A stretch of 64,000 nt of DNA from Octopus sinensis (taxonomy: Eukaryota), in contig NC_043000.1 of NCBI RefSeq assembly GCF_006345805.1, positions 114,948,001 to 115,012,000 of the forward strand. Direction: 5' to 3'. The translations under genes were made by a program, and so were the position numbers. Shown in pieces: positions 62,745 to 64,000 of the stretch (position 1 is the stretch's first letter; the number at the start of each line of letters is the position of its first letter). The notes below the pieces were generated by a model. The model had not been told where the DNA came from. It ran no database searches and saw only the letters and a program-made list of their open reading frames with translations.

Positions 62745-62905
62745 AACATCCCAGTAGTTGTTGGGGCTCCTGGAGCAGTAACAACCAGTTTTGAGAAATT
62801 TTTGGAGAAACTGGGATCAACAACATAAGGGTAAAACAGACTCAGAAAACTGTTTTATTGAGAACTGTGAGGATTGTGAGGCTGATACTTGGGTGTTAAT
62901 TATTG
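62745..62905 (+). mobile_element. RLE-type non-LTR C-terminal fragment
   Basis: IPVVVGAPGAVTTSFEKFLEKLG followed by a frameshifted QKT.LL.T.RI-like segment. Confidence 0.55.
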
Positions 62906-64000
62906 TGGAAAGAGGCACTGTGAGACCCTTGACAACAGGTCCTTGTCCACTCTTTGACCAACTTTCTATTTCATCATTCTGGGGTTGTCAAAATAAACTA
63001 TCAACCAAGTACTGGGGTTAATTTAATCCGCTAAACCCCTCCCCTCAAATATTGTCACTAACATACATTAAGCGCAGGAACAAAAGTGGGTGCTAATCCA
63101 GATCCAGGATATTTTTACAAGGTCAAATTTTATCAATATTGATTTCAAAAACAAACACAGATATAATGACCCTTTTTCCTCTAAAGGCACAAAGCTTAAA
63201 ATTTCAAGCAAGGGGGCTAGTCAATTGCAATGACTGCAGTGCTCAACTGGTATTTATCTTATTGACCCCAAAAGGATGAAAGACAAAGTTAACCTCAGTG
63301 GAATTCGAACTTAAAACATAAAAGCAGATGAAATACTGCTAAGCATCTTGCCTGGCATGCTAACAATTTTGCCAGACTTAAACACAGATATCATCATCAT
63401 CATTTAACGTCTGTTGTCCATGCTGGCGTGGGCTGGCACGCTGGAAGGCTGTGCCAGGATCCAGTCTGATTTGACATTGTTTCCTATGGCTGGATGCCCT
63501 TCCTAATGCCAACCACTCCGAGAGTGTAATGGGTGCTTTTAATAAAAATAATAATGATGATGATGATGATTTCATTTAGTTGCCACAAGGGTGAAACAAT
63601 GAGGGGACAATACAGAAACAGACATCATGTGGGGGTTTGCATACAATAATGAAATGATAAAAGAAAAAAAAGTAAGTATACACGGTACACACTGAAAAAG
63701 AAGGGACATATGCACAGTATACAAAGGTTTAGAAAATAAAATAAGTGGGGAGGATGATAGAGATGTGGACTCTTGATACAGGAACACCTCTAGGGATAAT
63801 TGAGGAAATAATAATAAAAATAATGGTTTCAAATTTTGTTACAAAGGCAGCAGTTTTGGTGGGGTCAGAGGGAATGAGTTGATTACATCAACCTCAGTAT
63901 TCAACTGGTACTTATTTTATCAACCCTGAAAGGTAAAGTTGACCTCGGCAGAATTTGAACTCAGAATGTAGCGACGGGCAAAATACCACTAACAATTCTG

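Overview
AT-rich animal genomic DNA. The repeat families and microsatellite load suggest an octopus (coleoid cephalopod); this assignment is an inference. The only host coding sequence I recognise is one 241-nt exon (43625-43865, +) encoding part of the N-terminal ubiquitin-like domain of a cordon-bleu (Cobl)-family protein. The rest is repeat-derived: a young, 5'-truncated Penelope-like element (RT + GIY-YIG, 32157-36451) with 1.27-kb inverted arms, an internally deleted mariner, RTE/CR1/RLE LINE fragments, non-autonomous Helitrons, MITEs, several tRNA-head SINE families, a short 28S rRNA fragment and long microsatellites. The most interesting layer is absent from the ORF track. About ten minimal hammerhead-ribozyme (HHR) motifs from at least three sequence families are present. 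One family forms a palindromic, head-to-head tRNA-SINE/HHR dimer that inserted as a single unit with a target-site duplication. Another family carries a non-canonical A6U core. There are also many snap-back inverted duplications, and a perfect 104-bp inverted repeat brackets the Cobl exon. Nearly all ORFs in the supplied track are microsatellite artefacts. All alignments and coordinates were read by eye.
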